The notes beneath the pieces were generated by a model. The model saw only the letters and a list, made by a program, of their open reading frames with translations, was not told where the DNA came from and did not search any database. A stretch of DNA of 63,118 bases, counting the filler, from Octopus bimaculoides (Eukaryota): NCBI RefSeq assembly GCF_001194135.2. It is 6 parts of 6 records of this genome, joined end to end, with 100 filler letters (N's around TTAATTAATTAA, not from the genome) between each part and the next. Parts side by side here need not be neighbours in the genome. Positions count along the whole stretch, not along the records: positions 34,263 to 53,338 come from NC_068981.1; 5 more parts are not named here. One strand, written 5' to 3'. Both the position numbers and the translations under genes were made by a program. The first letter of the stretch is position 1, and each line of letters begins with the position of its first letter. Below, one piece after another: positions 35,769-49,951 of the stretch.

Positions 35769-37768
35769 GATAGCGGAAAGGAATTTAGTTGCTATTTCTG
35801 GCATATTGAGCGATTATATAGCGGCTCGTTCGCGGGCTAGTTTATGAAGAAACTGCTGCATTTCGAAACTGTGTCTATCACTGTGCTGAGGTGAGTTGGC
35901 TAGAAGGGCGTTTGAGTGGAAATCTCGTCTAAAAATAGGAGAGAAAGCTAGAGTTCGTGGATTATCCCCGTTTATGTTGAAGGATTAAGGGCTTATAACA
36001 AAACCGTAGGTGACTTCTGTAAATTTGGAGGAGAAACTTTTGATCGTAGATCAAAATGTCGTGCTGTATTTTAGGAGAGACGAAGCACAAGAACACATTT
36101 ATCAACAATTATGTCAATTATAAATCTTTACAGAAGTGTTTCAACTATGGTCATGTGTTTTTTTTCTTCCTCTTTTTATAATTAGTGTAACTATATAGTT
36201 CTAAACAGCTATAAAAGACTTAACTATACTCGCACGAATATCCCATATCAATAGTATTCTAAATTATAAATCTGTACACAAATATATGGTCGCGCATTTG
36301 GTTGGTAATTTTTTTCTCTTTATTACTCAATATATCTCCTAAATTAACGATTTTTGTTTCGGAAATAACAGCTTCTAACTTTGATATGACACAAGATAGT
36401 CTTTTAAACGAGGCCCATCATATTGCCTTCATTAACTCCAACCTCATATTCAGTAAAATATATCGTGATCTCGGAAATTAGTGAGTAGTATATATCGCCT
36501 CTCGTAAATCCTCAAAGAAGGTTTACGCAATCTACACGTTCATAAAATCAATTCATTATCAATGATAACCTATTTTCATTAAAACGAATGATGTATTCGG
36601 AAAGTAACTAACCTGTTTTTACCAGCGATAAAAGTATATGGATGCTTCAAATGTTAATATCGCCCATGAAATCAAAAGGAGATTTACCTCACAGTGTAGT
36701 CCAAAATTGTTAATATCGGCAACGATATAAAGCGTATTATAAAAAAATTACCTCACGTTATTTTATAAGAATGTTAATTGCGTGTCAATTGAAAAATTGG
36801 TAGAACATTCTTTATCACTTATAAAAATTGATAACTTCTTGATTTTTATAAAAGTGAACAGCAGAAAAAAAAAACCCTGCTTTAATTTGCTCCATTAAAA
36901 TCCAAACGTTTTTCATATTTCTAGTTTAATGATATCTGAATAGGGGTTGAATATTAAAGGATTTCTGAATCAATGAAAAGGAAGATTTTAAAATCTGCAA
37001 CCCTATAATATTCTATCATAAATAGAATAATATGATACAATATATGAGATAATATAATATAATATAATGTTAAAGGGTTTGTAAATAAAATCAGTTAATG
37101 ATTTATTGAAAAATACTTCAGCAGGTGTAATATACTCGATAAAATACAAAATTACTAAGAGATCAATACAAAGCATAGAGATAATAAAACACTGTCTTAT
37201 TGAAGAAACTTACATTCTTAATGACAAAGACGAGCTTGATGGCCGCTAAGAATATCTATCTTTTATCTTTCACTTGTTTCAGCCACGTCTGCGCCCTAAA
37301 GCTAACTTTCTAGGTTCTACCTAGACTTGAACTCGGATTGTTGGGTTCACATCTAGAGTGCTAACCAAACCAATTACATCGATGAAAAATTGTGATTTTG
37401 AATCTTAAATGACCACGTTAATCAATATTAAGTTCTTTTCTTCTAAATCTAGTTCCGACCATTCAAGAACTTGGAAATACAAATAACGTGTCAGCTACAG
37501 TCCTAAGATTCGATATTTGATTACAATATTTTCATTGTTCAAAAAAATCACTAAAAACCATTATATTTGAGCAATACTTCTGCCTCGAGACCCACGTCCA
37601 TTACAGTAAATTCCTATAAGTTAGTCTCTACATTTTTTATTTCAGCAATTCGGTCAGGAACCTGTGGATTCTCAACATTTAAACTAATTTCAAAGTCCCC
37701 CTTTAAGTTCACAGTTAAGTTGTACTGATGAGTAGACTCCTGATTATTTTTCAAAGGTGTTTAACCAG

Positions 37769-38024
37769 GGTAAAGCATCCTTCTCGAGCCCTACGGACTC
37801 ACAAGGGCCGGTTTCCCGGTTTCTGTGGCGTATATATATTTACCCTCTGGATGCAACATCGGTCCGCTGCTGGATCATTTATTTTTGCTAGCTGAGTGGA
37901 TTGGAGCAACGTGAAATGAAGTGTTTTGCTAAAGAACACAACGCATCGCCCAGTTCAGGAATTGAAACCACAATCCTACGATCATAAGTCAAATACTCTA
38001 ACCATTAAGCCACACACCTCCGCA
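37769..38024 (-). mobile_element. SINE with family C head and a third type of tail
   Basis: Head gctgagtggattggagcaacgtgaaatgaagtgttttgct..ggaattgaaacc..aagccacacacctcc; tail gggccggtttcccggtttctgtggcg differs from the 29116 copy. Confidence 0.8.
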
Positions 38025-39530
38025 GGATTCATGGTGGTTAGAAGAGACTCAAAAGAAGCATTGTTTCTTCATAACACCAAGCGCAAACAGTATCAATAGT
38101 GATATCCTTGAGACTGAGATACGAAAATCTTTAGGATAGGGAAGCACCAAGAAGCGACTAGATTGATGGCTACCGATACAAAAAAAAAGTTTCTAACGAG
38201 GGTATCTTATTGACCTTTACCAGCGAGGTCTCAGTGAGGGGTATAAATGTACCAAGCTGGCTGGCATAGATGTAAAAGCAAAAGCTTGATACAGATAAAT
38301 AAATGAATAATTAAAAATCATTCACACAGCAAAATCTACTGGTCAATTGTATCTCAGAATCTAACTTATAAAATTATATATATATAGCTTCTCTGAAAAT
38401 CTTTTCTCAAGATCATTGTAATGTAGTCAAAGACAAAACATGCAACTAAGAGAGGAGTTTGGGGACGTGTTAAACCATTTCAAATCAACAAAACATTAAT
38501 GTCAAAGGTCACTCCTTTATGGAATGAATTTGGCTGAATTACTTGATAGCATTCGTTTCTATTCTCCATTCTTGGATGCTATATGCCCCTCGACTTGTTA
38601 AAGTTTCAGTGACGATAATCATGGTCATAGATAACTAAGCTTCATTTTTGGTCATCCCCTGGAATTAAATAGAGTAAGGGATTGTATTGTCAAGGATAGG
38701 ATCAATTACCAGAGGAATATATTCCAATAAGATATCTCTTGAGATGTTATTTATACTTGCAGTGAACTCCTTGTCCGAATTTGAAGGTACGTGATTAGCC
38801 CATAGGAAAAAAGAAATAACAGCCTGTTCTTGTAGACGATATAAAAATATAAACTTACATAAAACTTACGAATACATTAAAGAAGACTCTTACCCTGGTT
38901 GCAGCATTCTCAATGTGTAGAAAGCTGAAACTTAGCCAAGATAAATGTTCCTTCCAGTTATTAAAGCAAGGTTAAACTAGAAACTAGTTCAGCAATACCT
39001 CTGTCATTGACCTGTCTGTCTCTCCCATATTCAGCGAGGAATGATACAGGTAACTATTGATGGATGAAATATATCTATATGTTCGATTTAAATAGCCTTT
39101 AAATGTCGCCCATATCTCTTCGATGGTATCCACTAACCACAAATGTCAAAATGGTTCTATGGATCAGGTCTTCACACATAAGTAAAGTAGCACCATGAGG
39201 GTTGGAAATTAGATCCCCGAAAAATATTCCTCGGCGATACACACAAAAGGGAATTACACAGCTCTACCGCAACATAACATCAAAAGAAAAGCTTTCTGTT
39301 TATCTGTAGGTCATGCATGGCTTTGTTGTCAGAGAACTTCAAAGAGACAGTGACATAACTTACTCCGGCTAAAGCCAATTGAATTGATTCCAGTATTTGA
39401 CTAGTAATTATTTTACCCACCACGCAAGTATAAAAAGCAGAATGATCACGTTGGGATTTAAATTCTGTGACGTAAGTGGATATCACAAAGCATAATCATT
39501 TTAGCGTCCACTGGCATTCGTTGTACAAGT

Positions 39531-39537
39531 AATAATG

Positions 39538-39601
<64 letters not shown>

Positions 39602-39611
39602 TAATAATAAT
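39531..39611. repeat. (AAT)n microsatellite
   Basis: Directly visible. Confidence 0.97.
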
Positions 39612-40890
39612 TACGCATTCGCACAATGTTGAAGTTAAACTGCTAATTTGTACGGTAGACATATAGTACCATAGATTCTACATTTGGTTTGTTACTGTAG
39701 CTCTGGAATTATAGTTTGGTCTAAATCAGGGTTGAGGAATTATGCGTGTGAGAACATGTTGAAAAAAATATTTCATTGTATAAATTTATAGATATACACT
39801 ATGTATTAAATTACTGTTTGCCTTTAAGGTTTAAACCGGTTTTGTTATTGAATGTAAGAGTGGGATCCATATCTTCTGGCATAAATTATAATCAAACGGG
39901 AAAATATATTGCTACGTGATCAGAATCTAATGACAAGATTGACTGAGACGACTGCATATCTAGAAACGAGGTTTCCATTAAGAATAACTTGCTTTTTCTT
40001 TCTCCAAGAAATTGGTAAGGTAGATTAAGGAAATTCTTGTTCAATATGCAGTGCAGTGTTTCTCATATATTCTGTAGCTCCTTTTCTATGATATCTGTTT
40101 ATTTATAGGTGCATATATCTATAATTATACATATAATCACTGGACAACTGATAAAATAAAAGAATATAAAGTATTCATAGTTACAACTTACGTGACATTT
40201 TGTCTTGTTGGGGTTTTAACATTAGCATTGAGAAAGCTAAAATTTTCTTAACGTTTCAACCAAGTTAAAAATTCAGTGTAAATTTTCTTTTAATCATTAG
40301 AGACAAACTAATGACAGATTTCGATTACAGAAATTAACTTTTATTTGATATCATATTATACAGATTGAACTATAGGGTTTAGTTTTATAAAATAGATGAT
40401 TATATTCACCGATGCAAGAAACAATTCGATGGTATTTTAGAATAAAGTTTTGAAAATATATCTGAAAATATTTATGTTGCGAATGAATTCTTTTGGTGTT
40501 AATATAAATATCTAGTTAATTATTAAGAGTTGTTTGATATTTCAGTTTAAAACACTATTTTTTATGTTGTTCATATCTATGAGTATAAAATTCAGAAAAA
40601 TAACTAATGCTTGACTTTGTTAAATTAATGGGTTATTTACTTAGTTAAATTCAATTTAAAAGCAATAAATAACACTGATTTGAATTTTGTAAGTTCGGTA
40701 CACACACACACACACACACACATGTATACATAAATACACGAACATACATATGTATACATAAATACACACACAATTACAGAATGTACATATTTGATAAAAA
40801 TTATATAGTGGTTGAACAAAATAATGGAAACACCTTTTTATTTAACTACTTTTTCTGTTGACAATATGACAAATTCAAAACTGTTCTAGT

Positions 40891-40944
<54 letters not shown>

Positions 40945-41060
40945 ATGTGTGTGTGCTCAAATGCATTTTTTATACCTTGTACTTAGTGATATAGCCCTCT
41001 GTATTGGGTTTTTTTCTCTTCTTACTACAGATATTCATATTTGAATAAGTTAAAATACGT

Positions 41061-41479
41061 GACCTCTCTATTTTCCAGAGAGGTCAAAATGTTGGAGCGC
41101 GAACGGCTGAAACTTTAGTCACCAAAACAGCTGAATTGCTTGATCTTTTGAGAGGCACAATCACTACAGTTATGCTGGCGTTCCAAAACCAAGCTAAAAA
41201 ATATTCTGGCAAGCGTAATTCTAGACAGAAGGCAAAGTTCACTGAGAAAGACTTCAGAACAGTAAAAAGTATTGGACTTAAAAACTTTCAAACAGCAGAC
41301 GCAAAAGTGGTAGCAGAGCTTAATCACCACCTTTCCAACCCTATATCAACGAAGACCGTTCGTCGTGAGTCCCGTAAAGCTATATAGTATTGAAAGGTTG
41401 CAACTGATTAGCGGGAAAAATGATGCTTTGATTATCAGAAGTGGTCAATGGCGCAATAGAACAATGTCATCTCAGATGA

Positions 41480-41482
<3 letters not shown>
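41061..41482 (+). mobile_element. Tc1-like transposase N-terminal fragment (pseudogene)
   Basis: DLSIFQRGQNVGAR..VTKTAELLDLLRGTITTVM..GKRNSRQK..KDFR..AELNHHLSNPISTKTVRRE...VISDES: paired-type HTH region through the first catalytic Asp (SDES); interrupted by a microsatellite and gap. Confidence 0.85.
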
Positions 41483-41523
<41 letters not shown>

Positions 41524-41804
41524 NNNNNNNNNNNNNNNNNNNNNNNNNNNNNNNNNNNNNNNNNNNNNNNNNNNNNNNNNNNNNNNNNNNNNNNNNNNNN
41601 NNNNNNNNNNNNNNNNNNNNNNNNNNNNNNNNNNNNNNNNNNNNNNNNNNNNNNNNNNNNNNNNNNNNNNNNNNNNNNNNNNNNNNNNNNNNNNNNNNNN
41701 NNNNNNNNNNNNNNNNNNNNNNNNNNNNNNNNNNNNNNNNNNNNNNNNNNNNNNNNNNNNNNNNNNNNNNNNNNNNNNNNNNNNNNNNNNNNNNNTATAT
41801 ATAT

Positions 41805-42010
41805 AGCGATGTCACTAGTGCCAAGCAGTATATGCCTTTGCCTTTCCCTAAGATAACATCGGAGGCGTGGAGAGGGACGGCTGGTATATATATGGGCAAC
41901 TGCTGGTCTTCCACAAACAATCTTGCCCGGACTTGTTCCTCAGAGGGAAACTCTATAGGTGCAGTACAGGGTAAGGGATTCAAGTCACTATTTCAGGGCA
42001 TGACGGTGCT
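41805..42010 (+). mobile_element. Unclassified dispersed repeat fragment
   Basis: GC-richer island ggcgtggagagggacggctgg..ggtcttccacaaacaatcttgcccggacttgttcctcagaggg, with partial reverse similarity to 51560-51620; family not established. Confidence 0.3.
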
Positions 42011-43515
42011 GCATTACACGAGTCATGGATTCAACTGGCTCTAGATGATAGTATCAACTATTGACTCTTGACTAGGATTATGGAACTCCAGTCATGGCTA
42101 ATTAGTTTCACTGACTTGTGAAATAAAGACTAGAGATTACATCTTATAATAAACGCAGCGTGGAGTTCTTAAAACGCTCTGGTGTTCGACCGACTGGACA
42201 CTCTTTCGGCAATTGCTGCAAACTGAACGTACTGCTCTGTATTTCTCTGGAACACAACAGCAAGGCTGAGAGAAAGACTCTGACGTCTAAGCAGCCCATA
42301 ATCTCTAGGTCTGCTCAGTCCAGGTTTGTGTCCTTAGAAAGCACTAACCATGGGTACAAGACTTCATTGTCTCTTGAAACAAATGGGTATCAAAAATATT
42401 TTATGTTAGATCGCTGTTGTATAATATAACATTATATATATTTATATAATTAATACATTTTAACATGCTCATTTCCGAGATATTTTATGACAAGAGATGA
42501 AATTTATAATTTTTCCATTTATCTAGCTTCATGTAATATTTTCCAAAGAACACTTACATACATACATACATACACACATACATACATACATACACACATA
42601 CACACATACATACATATATATACATGCATGCACACACGTACAGACACAGACACACACACACGCACGCACGCACGCACACACACACACACGCACACACACA
42701 CACACACATATATGTATGTAAAATTTAGTGATATTTTATGAGAAATGAGACAATTCCCAATTTTTTTTTCTCCTCATTAAAATAACTATTAGTAGGTAAG
42801 TATATAAATTTCCGTGAAATCATGATTACTTCTATTCACAACTGCTTTAGATGTGTATGATCTGTTGATTCTTTTGTTTACATAAGTGAAAATATTGGAC
42901 ACTCTCTTGAGAATAACAAACATGTTTTATGGCATACACATTGACACAGAAAATGTATTTGATATTACGAACAATGAAATCTAATAAAAACATTAAATAG
43001 TCATGCATTTGGCTCGGAAATTACTTTTCTAATTAGGAAACAATTCTCATTAGTATTGGCTCCTGGGCTGAAATACAACTGCATTTATTTATCATATTGT
43101 CCACCCTACCACCTCAAGGATCTGACTTGGATCCACTCTTATTTGTAATTTATATAAATGACCTTCAATGTTCTGTATAAATAATGTAAAACATTATTTT
43201 CTTGATGATATCAATCTGCTTAACACTGATCATAACTGAAATAAAAATCAGAGAGAATACTATAAAACGAGTAAAATATCTAATAAATATGTTCTGTATT
43301 GCGAGTTTAAATCCAACACACAACTAAAGCTCTTCTTCATAGTCGCTATAAATGCTTGGTCGCATAATCCCTGGCGTGATGACCTCTCATAAATAACATC
43401 GCTAAAATTGCATTACAAAGACTAGACTTCCTCTTCAGAATCGTAAAAATAATTCAGCATTGATCTGTTGTTGCTCATTGGCTATAAAGCTCAGATGCAA
43501 ATCACTTGAGAGATC

Positions 43516-43945
43516 TGCCCACGTATTTGGGACCGTGGCGTTGTTCAAATATTTCAGAGTATATACAAACAGAAGCCATTCAACTGACTAGTGAAGACTT
43601 ACTCATCAGCATGGTTCAATCGCTGCTCACAGACTGTTTCGTCTATCTGCACTCTCCTATTGAAACTCCAATGGCATCTGAAGAATTACCACTTCTGCCA
43701 CGATCCATTCCACTCAGGTCATTCACTTCTCACCCATTACCGTATTTGATGGCATAAAGGTGCATGGGCGTATTAGACGCACCTCAATTCAAAGCAGCAC
43801 TTAATCAGCACAAAATCTTTTTGCACTCGTTTACCAAAACACATTTAGCCACTCTCCACATGCAAATACAACAACCACTTTCACCTGTAAAGATGCCTGA
43901 TTCATACGATGGAGATATTCCTTTGCAGTCTCAATGTTAATATTT
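43516..43945 (+). mobile_element. CR1/Jockey-group LINE 3' end (RT C-terminus remnant)
   Basis: HVFG...YIQTEAIQL..MVQSLLTD..SIC..ASEELPLL...SFLHSFT.NT...MPDSYDG resembles the CR1-type HiW....iQ.rA.rli...lqsL.hRR...cs.El...sFf.rt..lWn.LP..Y motif string. Confidence 0.6.
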
Positions 43946-43956
43946 GATAAATTAGC

Positions 43957-44366
43957 GAGGTAGCGAGCCGGCAGAATCGTTAGCTCGCCGGACAATATGC
44001 TTAGCAGTATTTCGTCCGTCTTTACGTTCTGAATTCAAATACCGCCGAGGTCGACTTTGCTTCTCATCCTTTCGGAGTCGATAAAATAACTAACAGTTGA
44101 ACACTGGAGGGCGATGTAATCGGCTTAATCCCGCTTCTCAAATTGCTGGCCTTGTGCAAAAATTTGAAATCAATATTTGATGCGATAGTAAGGTAGCGAG
44201 TTGGCAGAATCGTTAACATGCCGGGCAAAATGCTTAGCTGCCTTTCGTCCGTCATTACGCTCTGATTTCAAATGGTCGAGTTTGCCTTTCATCCCTTCGG
44301 GGTCGATAAAATAAGTGCCAGTTGAGGACTGAGGGTCAATATAATCGATTAACCCCTGCAACGAAT
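43957..44366 (+). mobile_element. Two tandem SINE family B copies
   Basis: ggtagcgag..ggcagaatcgtta..gccgg..atgcttagc..tttcgtccgtc..gtcgataaaataa repeated at 43957-44172 and 44189-44366. Confidence 0.88.
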
Positions 44367-46479
44367 TGGCATCCTGCTTAGGGGGGAAGCTGTGACCTCG
44401 ATCACTTACTTACAAGCCACAGAAACCGGATAAACGGCTCAACGAGTCCTAGCACTCGAGTTCAGGCGACTTACTACTTCACTAAGTAGGATGAATTGTG
44501 AACACTGATTCAAACAAAGTCTCATCTCAGAACATTAAGAGACGTAGCCAAATGCTACAAATACCACACTCTGCATACCGTTTTTAATACAACGTGGTCA
44601 AAAATGGTGGTTTTAGACTCAGTCTAATAAAAGCAGCAACAGTCGCAGCAGTAGCAGCAGAAAGTGTAGCTTACTATTACTGTTGCTGATGGTGTTTTGT
44701 TTCAGTCGCTACTGCTGTAACTACCATTAGTAATGGCCGTCAACAGTAACAGTGAAAGTTTGCTGCGTTAAAAAATGTTCGTGAAACAGTTACCTTGAAT
44801 ACAACTATCTCATGTGTATGCATATATATATATGTGTGTGTATGTGTGTGTGCGCGTGTGTGTTTTGCATGCGTGTGTGTGTATGTGTATGTGTGTGTGT
44901 GTGTATGTGTATGTGTGTACGCATGTACGTATGTATATACATATGTATGTATCTGCGCGTTTGCTTGTGAGCGTGTGTCTGTTGTATGTATGTATATATA
45001 TATATATATGCATATGTGTGTGTGTGCATGTATGTATGTATATATGTATGTACATACATACGCATGTACGTTGTATGTATATTGCAAGTATACATGTGTA
45101 TAAGTACACATGTATGTATACATGTATGTACGTACGTTCATGTGTATCTTCATATGCATGCACGTACGCATGTATGTTTGTGTTTGTGTTTGTGCTTCTT
45201 TCTCAATGCACGTACGCACGTACGTGTGTGTGTGTGTGTGTGCGTGTGTGTGTGTGTGTGCGTGTGTGTGTGCGTGTGTGTGTATGTGTGTGCGTGTGTG
45301 TGTGTTTAATTATTTGAATTCTTCCATAAATGGAAGAATTAGTTTCGAACAAGGAAACAAAGGCCCATTGCTGGAATTCAATTAACAACAAAGTTGAACA
45401 GTTACATGTTGAACTTGAGGAATGTCTTACATATGTTTACTGTTCCACTCACAGAATACTTTTATAAGTATGTACATACGTATGTATGTTTTGCTTCACA
45501 GAATTCTTTAAGTGTTTTCAAGCCAGCCATTAACAAATAGGCAAGGCTCTTTTGTTTAACACAAGACAGTTCTTGAGACTTGCGATTATTTAAAACTGAA
45601 GCGGTTAGTGGGTGTTTATATGTGAGTGTAGCGAAAATAGACTTGCATTCGTGTAATGGGTGTATGTCACTTAAGAACACGAGTATGTATAAATGAATGT
45701 GTGCGTGAGTTCAGTGCAGGAACCTTACTTGGAGAATCTTTGAAGTGCTTTACAAATTTTCACCGTACCTCTAATCCAGGTGTCGGCGAACAGGGATAAA
45801 TTACCTCAAGAGGGTTAAAAATGAAATTCTTGGGGATAATGAGGACTCATTAGACATAAGTAAAATTATATAAAAGACGTCTTCCTTGTTAAGACAGGAA
45901 ATAAAAGTTGCTGCCTTCTGCAACAACCTACCTTTGCAAATAAGGATTTCCCACTCTAATGAACATAAAAACAAAGTAGAGTAATCGATTGGACCCTGAA
46001 AACTGTATTCAAATTGCTCTGGTATCAAAATGCCCCAATTTTGATGTGATTGTAACAGAAATAAAACAACATCATTTCTCCAAAACCTGAAGTGAAAAAG
46101 ATTCTACAAAAATCCTTTTGTTTGATAATGAGGATATTAATTCACTTTATCGCATTTGTTTTATACTTTTTATAGTTATAATTGTATTCTCCATATAAAT
46201 AGATTCAAATAAACCTTTTGAATTAAAAAAAAATCTATGATTTTCTTCCTTTCAAATCAAGGGGGTAACGTCGGCATAAATAAATATATTTTGGGGTAAT
46301 TGATTAAAAAAGTTCCTCGACCCATTCTTAATCGACTGCTGTTGGAAAAATAAATGCGTGTCTATGTATGTATGTATGTATATGGCATGTATATATGTTT
46401 GTGTGAATGTGTGTGTGCGTATGTATGTGTGTTTGTGCAACCCAATTACCCTGCCACTGCCACCACCAACAGCACCATT

Positions 46480-46687
46480 TCATCATCATCGTCATCATCA
46501 TCATCATCATTATCATCAACAACGACATCGTCGTGATTATCATCATTGGTCTCCTCTTCCCCACTTCACCATCATCATCATCAATGGCATCGTCATCGTC
46601 GTCATCATCAAAATCGTCATTATCATCAACTTCATCATCAACCATCTCCTCCTCCTCCCCCTCCGCTCGTCGTCGTCGTCGTCGTCA

Positions 46688-46728
<41 letters not shown>

Positions 46729-46752
46729 ATCATCATCATCATCATCACCACC
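46480..46752. repeat. Imperfect (CAT/CGT)n trinucleotide array
   Basis: Directly visible; a similar array lies at 51095-51495. Confidence 0.92.
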
Positions 46753-46947
46753 GTGACTTGCACCATCACCTATAGGTGCTCGGTGTTAAGGTTATGCTAC
46801 TAATAATATGCTTAAACACTGTTTCTGCCTAGTTCATACTTTCTGCACTATTTTCACGCTGTAATATATACTGCCATTATAAATATATGGCATTTCAACA
46901 TTTGACATTTATTTTTATTTTTAAAAATAACATGTTCCCGTTTACCT

Positions 46948-47433
<486 letters not shown>

Positions 47434-47639
47434 TTCTTTTATTTGCCACACGGGCATCCGATGGGAAAGACTACAAGAACTGATTATAACTTGTGTCGGG
47501 GTTTACATAAAAATGGCGAGGGAGAAAAATGGACGAGAGCCCTGTTTAGGTATGCAGTCATGTTACACCGCCTCAGTTAAACAGTTAGCTCGTGTGTACA
47601 TACATACATACATACATACATACATACACATGTGCGTAT

Positions 47640-47806
47640 GTGCGTGTGGTTAAGAAGTTCGTTTCGCAACCACGTGGTTTCAGGTTCAGTCCGATTGCGC
47701 GGCATCATGGCCAAGTATCTTTTACTCTTTTCCTATAAGCCCCGGGCTGATCACTGGCTTGTGAATGAAGATAGTTGAAAGAAACTATGAAGAAGCCCGT
47801 CGTGCG

Positions 47807-47837
<31 letters not shown>

Positions 47838-48150
47838 TTGTATGTATGTGCGTGTGTGTGTATCTGTGTCCGTGCGTGCGTGCGTGCGTACGTACGTATG
47901 TATCTACCTACGCACGTACGTACGTATGTGTGTGTGTGTGTGTCTGTGTTTGTCTCCCCATCCCCTGACAATTGGCGTTGGTTTGTTTATGTCTCCGTAA
48001 ATTAGCGGTTTGGTAAAAGCGACTGAAAATGTGTAGTTTTAGACTTAAATACTAAGTACCGAGGTCGATTTGTTCGACTAAAAATCCTTCATGGCCGTGC
48101 CCCAGACTGGTTGCAGTCCAATGAGTGAAACAAATAATAGGTAAAAGATA
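47640..48150 (+). mobile_element. SINE family A, diverged full length
   Basis: gtgtggttaagaag..ggtttcaggttcagtcc..gaagaagcccgtcg (TATG/CGTG)n ..gtcgatttgttcgactaaaaatccttc..gcagtccaatgagtgaaac. Confidence 0.8.
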
Positions 48151-48445
48151 TTCTTCACCGCCTTGAAGAATTTTATTCGAACGAATCGACCGCAGTACTA
48201 TCTTTTTAAAGCCTGGTATTCAATCTCCTGTTCTAATTTGCCAAATCACCAAGTCACAGAGACGTAAATACAGCAACACCGGTTGTCAAGCGGTGGTCAC
48301 ACGCACGCGCGCGCACACACAAACACACATGATGGACTTCTTTCAGTTTCCGTCGACCAGATCCACTTGCAAGGCTTTGGTTGGTCTGAGGCTGTAGTTG
48401 AAGACAACTTGCTCAAGGTGCCATGCAGTAGGACTGAACTCGTAA
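48151..48445 (-). mobile_element. SINE family A, inverted, tail-to-tail with the preceding copy
   Basis: caccgccttgaag..ggttgtcaagcgg..cttctttcagtttccgtc..caaggctttggttggtctgaggctgtagttgaagac..caaggtgccatgcagtaggactgaac. Confidence 0.8.
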
Positions 48446-48511
48446 CACACAGACGCTCACATGCACAAAGAAATAAATGTGTTGTATGTATGTACGTATG
48501 TTTTAGGCGAA

Positions 48512-48550
<39 letters not shown>

Positions 48551-48907
48551 TGAAAAAGCGAAAGAGTGGAGGGAGAGAGAGTGATATACAGGAGAACTAA
48601 CACAAGTTGTGAAACACGAGTTGAATTTTAACAGCTTATCATATGTTTTGGAAGTGTGTGTGGTTGAGATAGGGGGTGCTTATGCAGACTTAATGTCTCG
48701 GAGTAAATTATCCTAAGTATTCCTCCCACACGAGATAGAGTTGACTGTTATTTCTAACAAAATCAAATGAAATCTCACTTGTCAAATCTTCGTAGTGCTC
48801 GTTAGTGTTGTTGTCTAGCCCTAAGTCTACCTCGATTGAGCAGACTTAAGAACAAAACTGTTCCAGCTGAAACTATTCCGTCAAGGTCGACATTACTTAA
48901 CACGGTA

Positions 48908-49357
48908 AATGCGGCGAGCTGGCAGAAACGTTAGCACGCTGGATAAAATGCTTAGCGATATTTCGTCTGCCGTTACGTTCTGAGTTCAAATTCCGCCGAG
49001 GTCGACTTTACCTTTCATCCTTTCGGGGTCGATAAAATAAGTACCAGTTACGCACTGGGGTCGATGTAATCGGCTTAATCCCTTTGTCTGTCCTTGTTTG
49101 TCCCCTCTATGTTTAGCCTCTTGTGGGCAATAAAAAATAAGAATCGTTAGCACGCTGGACAAAATGCTTAGCGATATTTCACCCGTCGCTACGTTCTGAT
49201 TTCAAATTCCGACGAGGTCCTTTCGGGGTCGATAAATTCTGCCTTTCATCCTTTCAGGGTCGATAAATTAAGTACCAGTCAAGTACTGGGGTGGATGTAA
49301 TCGACTTGCCCCTCCCCCCAAAATTTCAGGCCTAGTGCCTTTAATAGTAAGGATTAT
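48908..49357 (+). mobile_element. Composite SINE family B (internal duplication) inserted in a family D repeat, with probable TSD
   Basis: The block cgttagcacgctgga.aaaatgcttagcgatatttc...gtcgataaa occurs twice; it is flanked by ttaacacggtaaa (48897-48909) and ttaagacggtaaa (49358-49370). Confidence 0.82.
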
Positions 49358-49754
49358 TTAAGACGGTAAAAGACAGATTTAAGGAACGCTGGCAACTATT
49401 TCTACGAGTTTGAGTGATCGCAGAGAGAAGGCATAGTCAACCTCTTTCAAGAAGCAGGCCACATGAAACATGGCTCACCATCAGGCGGGCCCCACCACTA
49501 AACAAATTCAGAAAGGCCCGCGGGCCGCAGTTTCCTCGTGACTGACACAGAAGCTTCCTCGTTACCTCTTATTGTTATTGCTGTTGTTTTGTCTCAAAGC
49601 TACACAATAAATCTGTAACCAAAGACAGTCCAATCATAACCATCCCGTCTTTTTGCAAGTATTGTATATCTCGGACTACAATATCTGATGTGCCTTTCTT
49701 TTTGTGATATGAAGGATATTTGGCTGCTGTTTTTAATATGTCGAACGACTGTCT

Positions 49755-49767
49755 AGAGAGAGAGAGA

Positions 49768-49814
<47 letters not shown>

Positions 49815-49911
49815 TCCTTTGTGTAGTGTTGTGTAATGTTGTCGTTGTTTCGTCCTTGATACGTCTTGTCAAATGAGTGTTGTGTCCGTGTATGAATGAG
49901 AGAGAGAGAGG

Positions 49912-49951
<40 letters not shown>

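Larger units (their letters stand above)
35068..35835 (+). mobile_element. Family D repeat split by nested SINE insertions
   Basis: Left part 35068-35200 (tttaaccc..tgatcaaagg..ggactacat..gtgtcc) and right part 35768-35835 (atttagttgctatttctggca..gagcga) together match the uninterrupted copy at 53030-53290. Confidence 0.6.
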
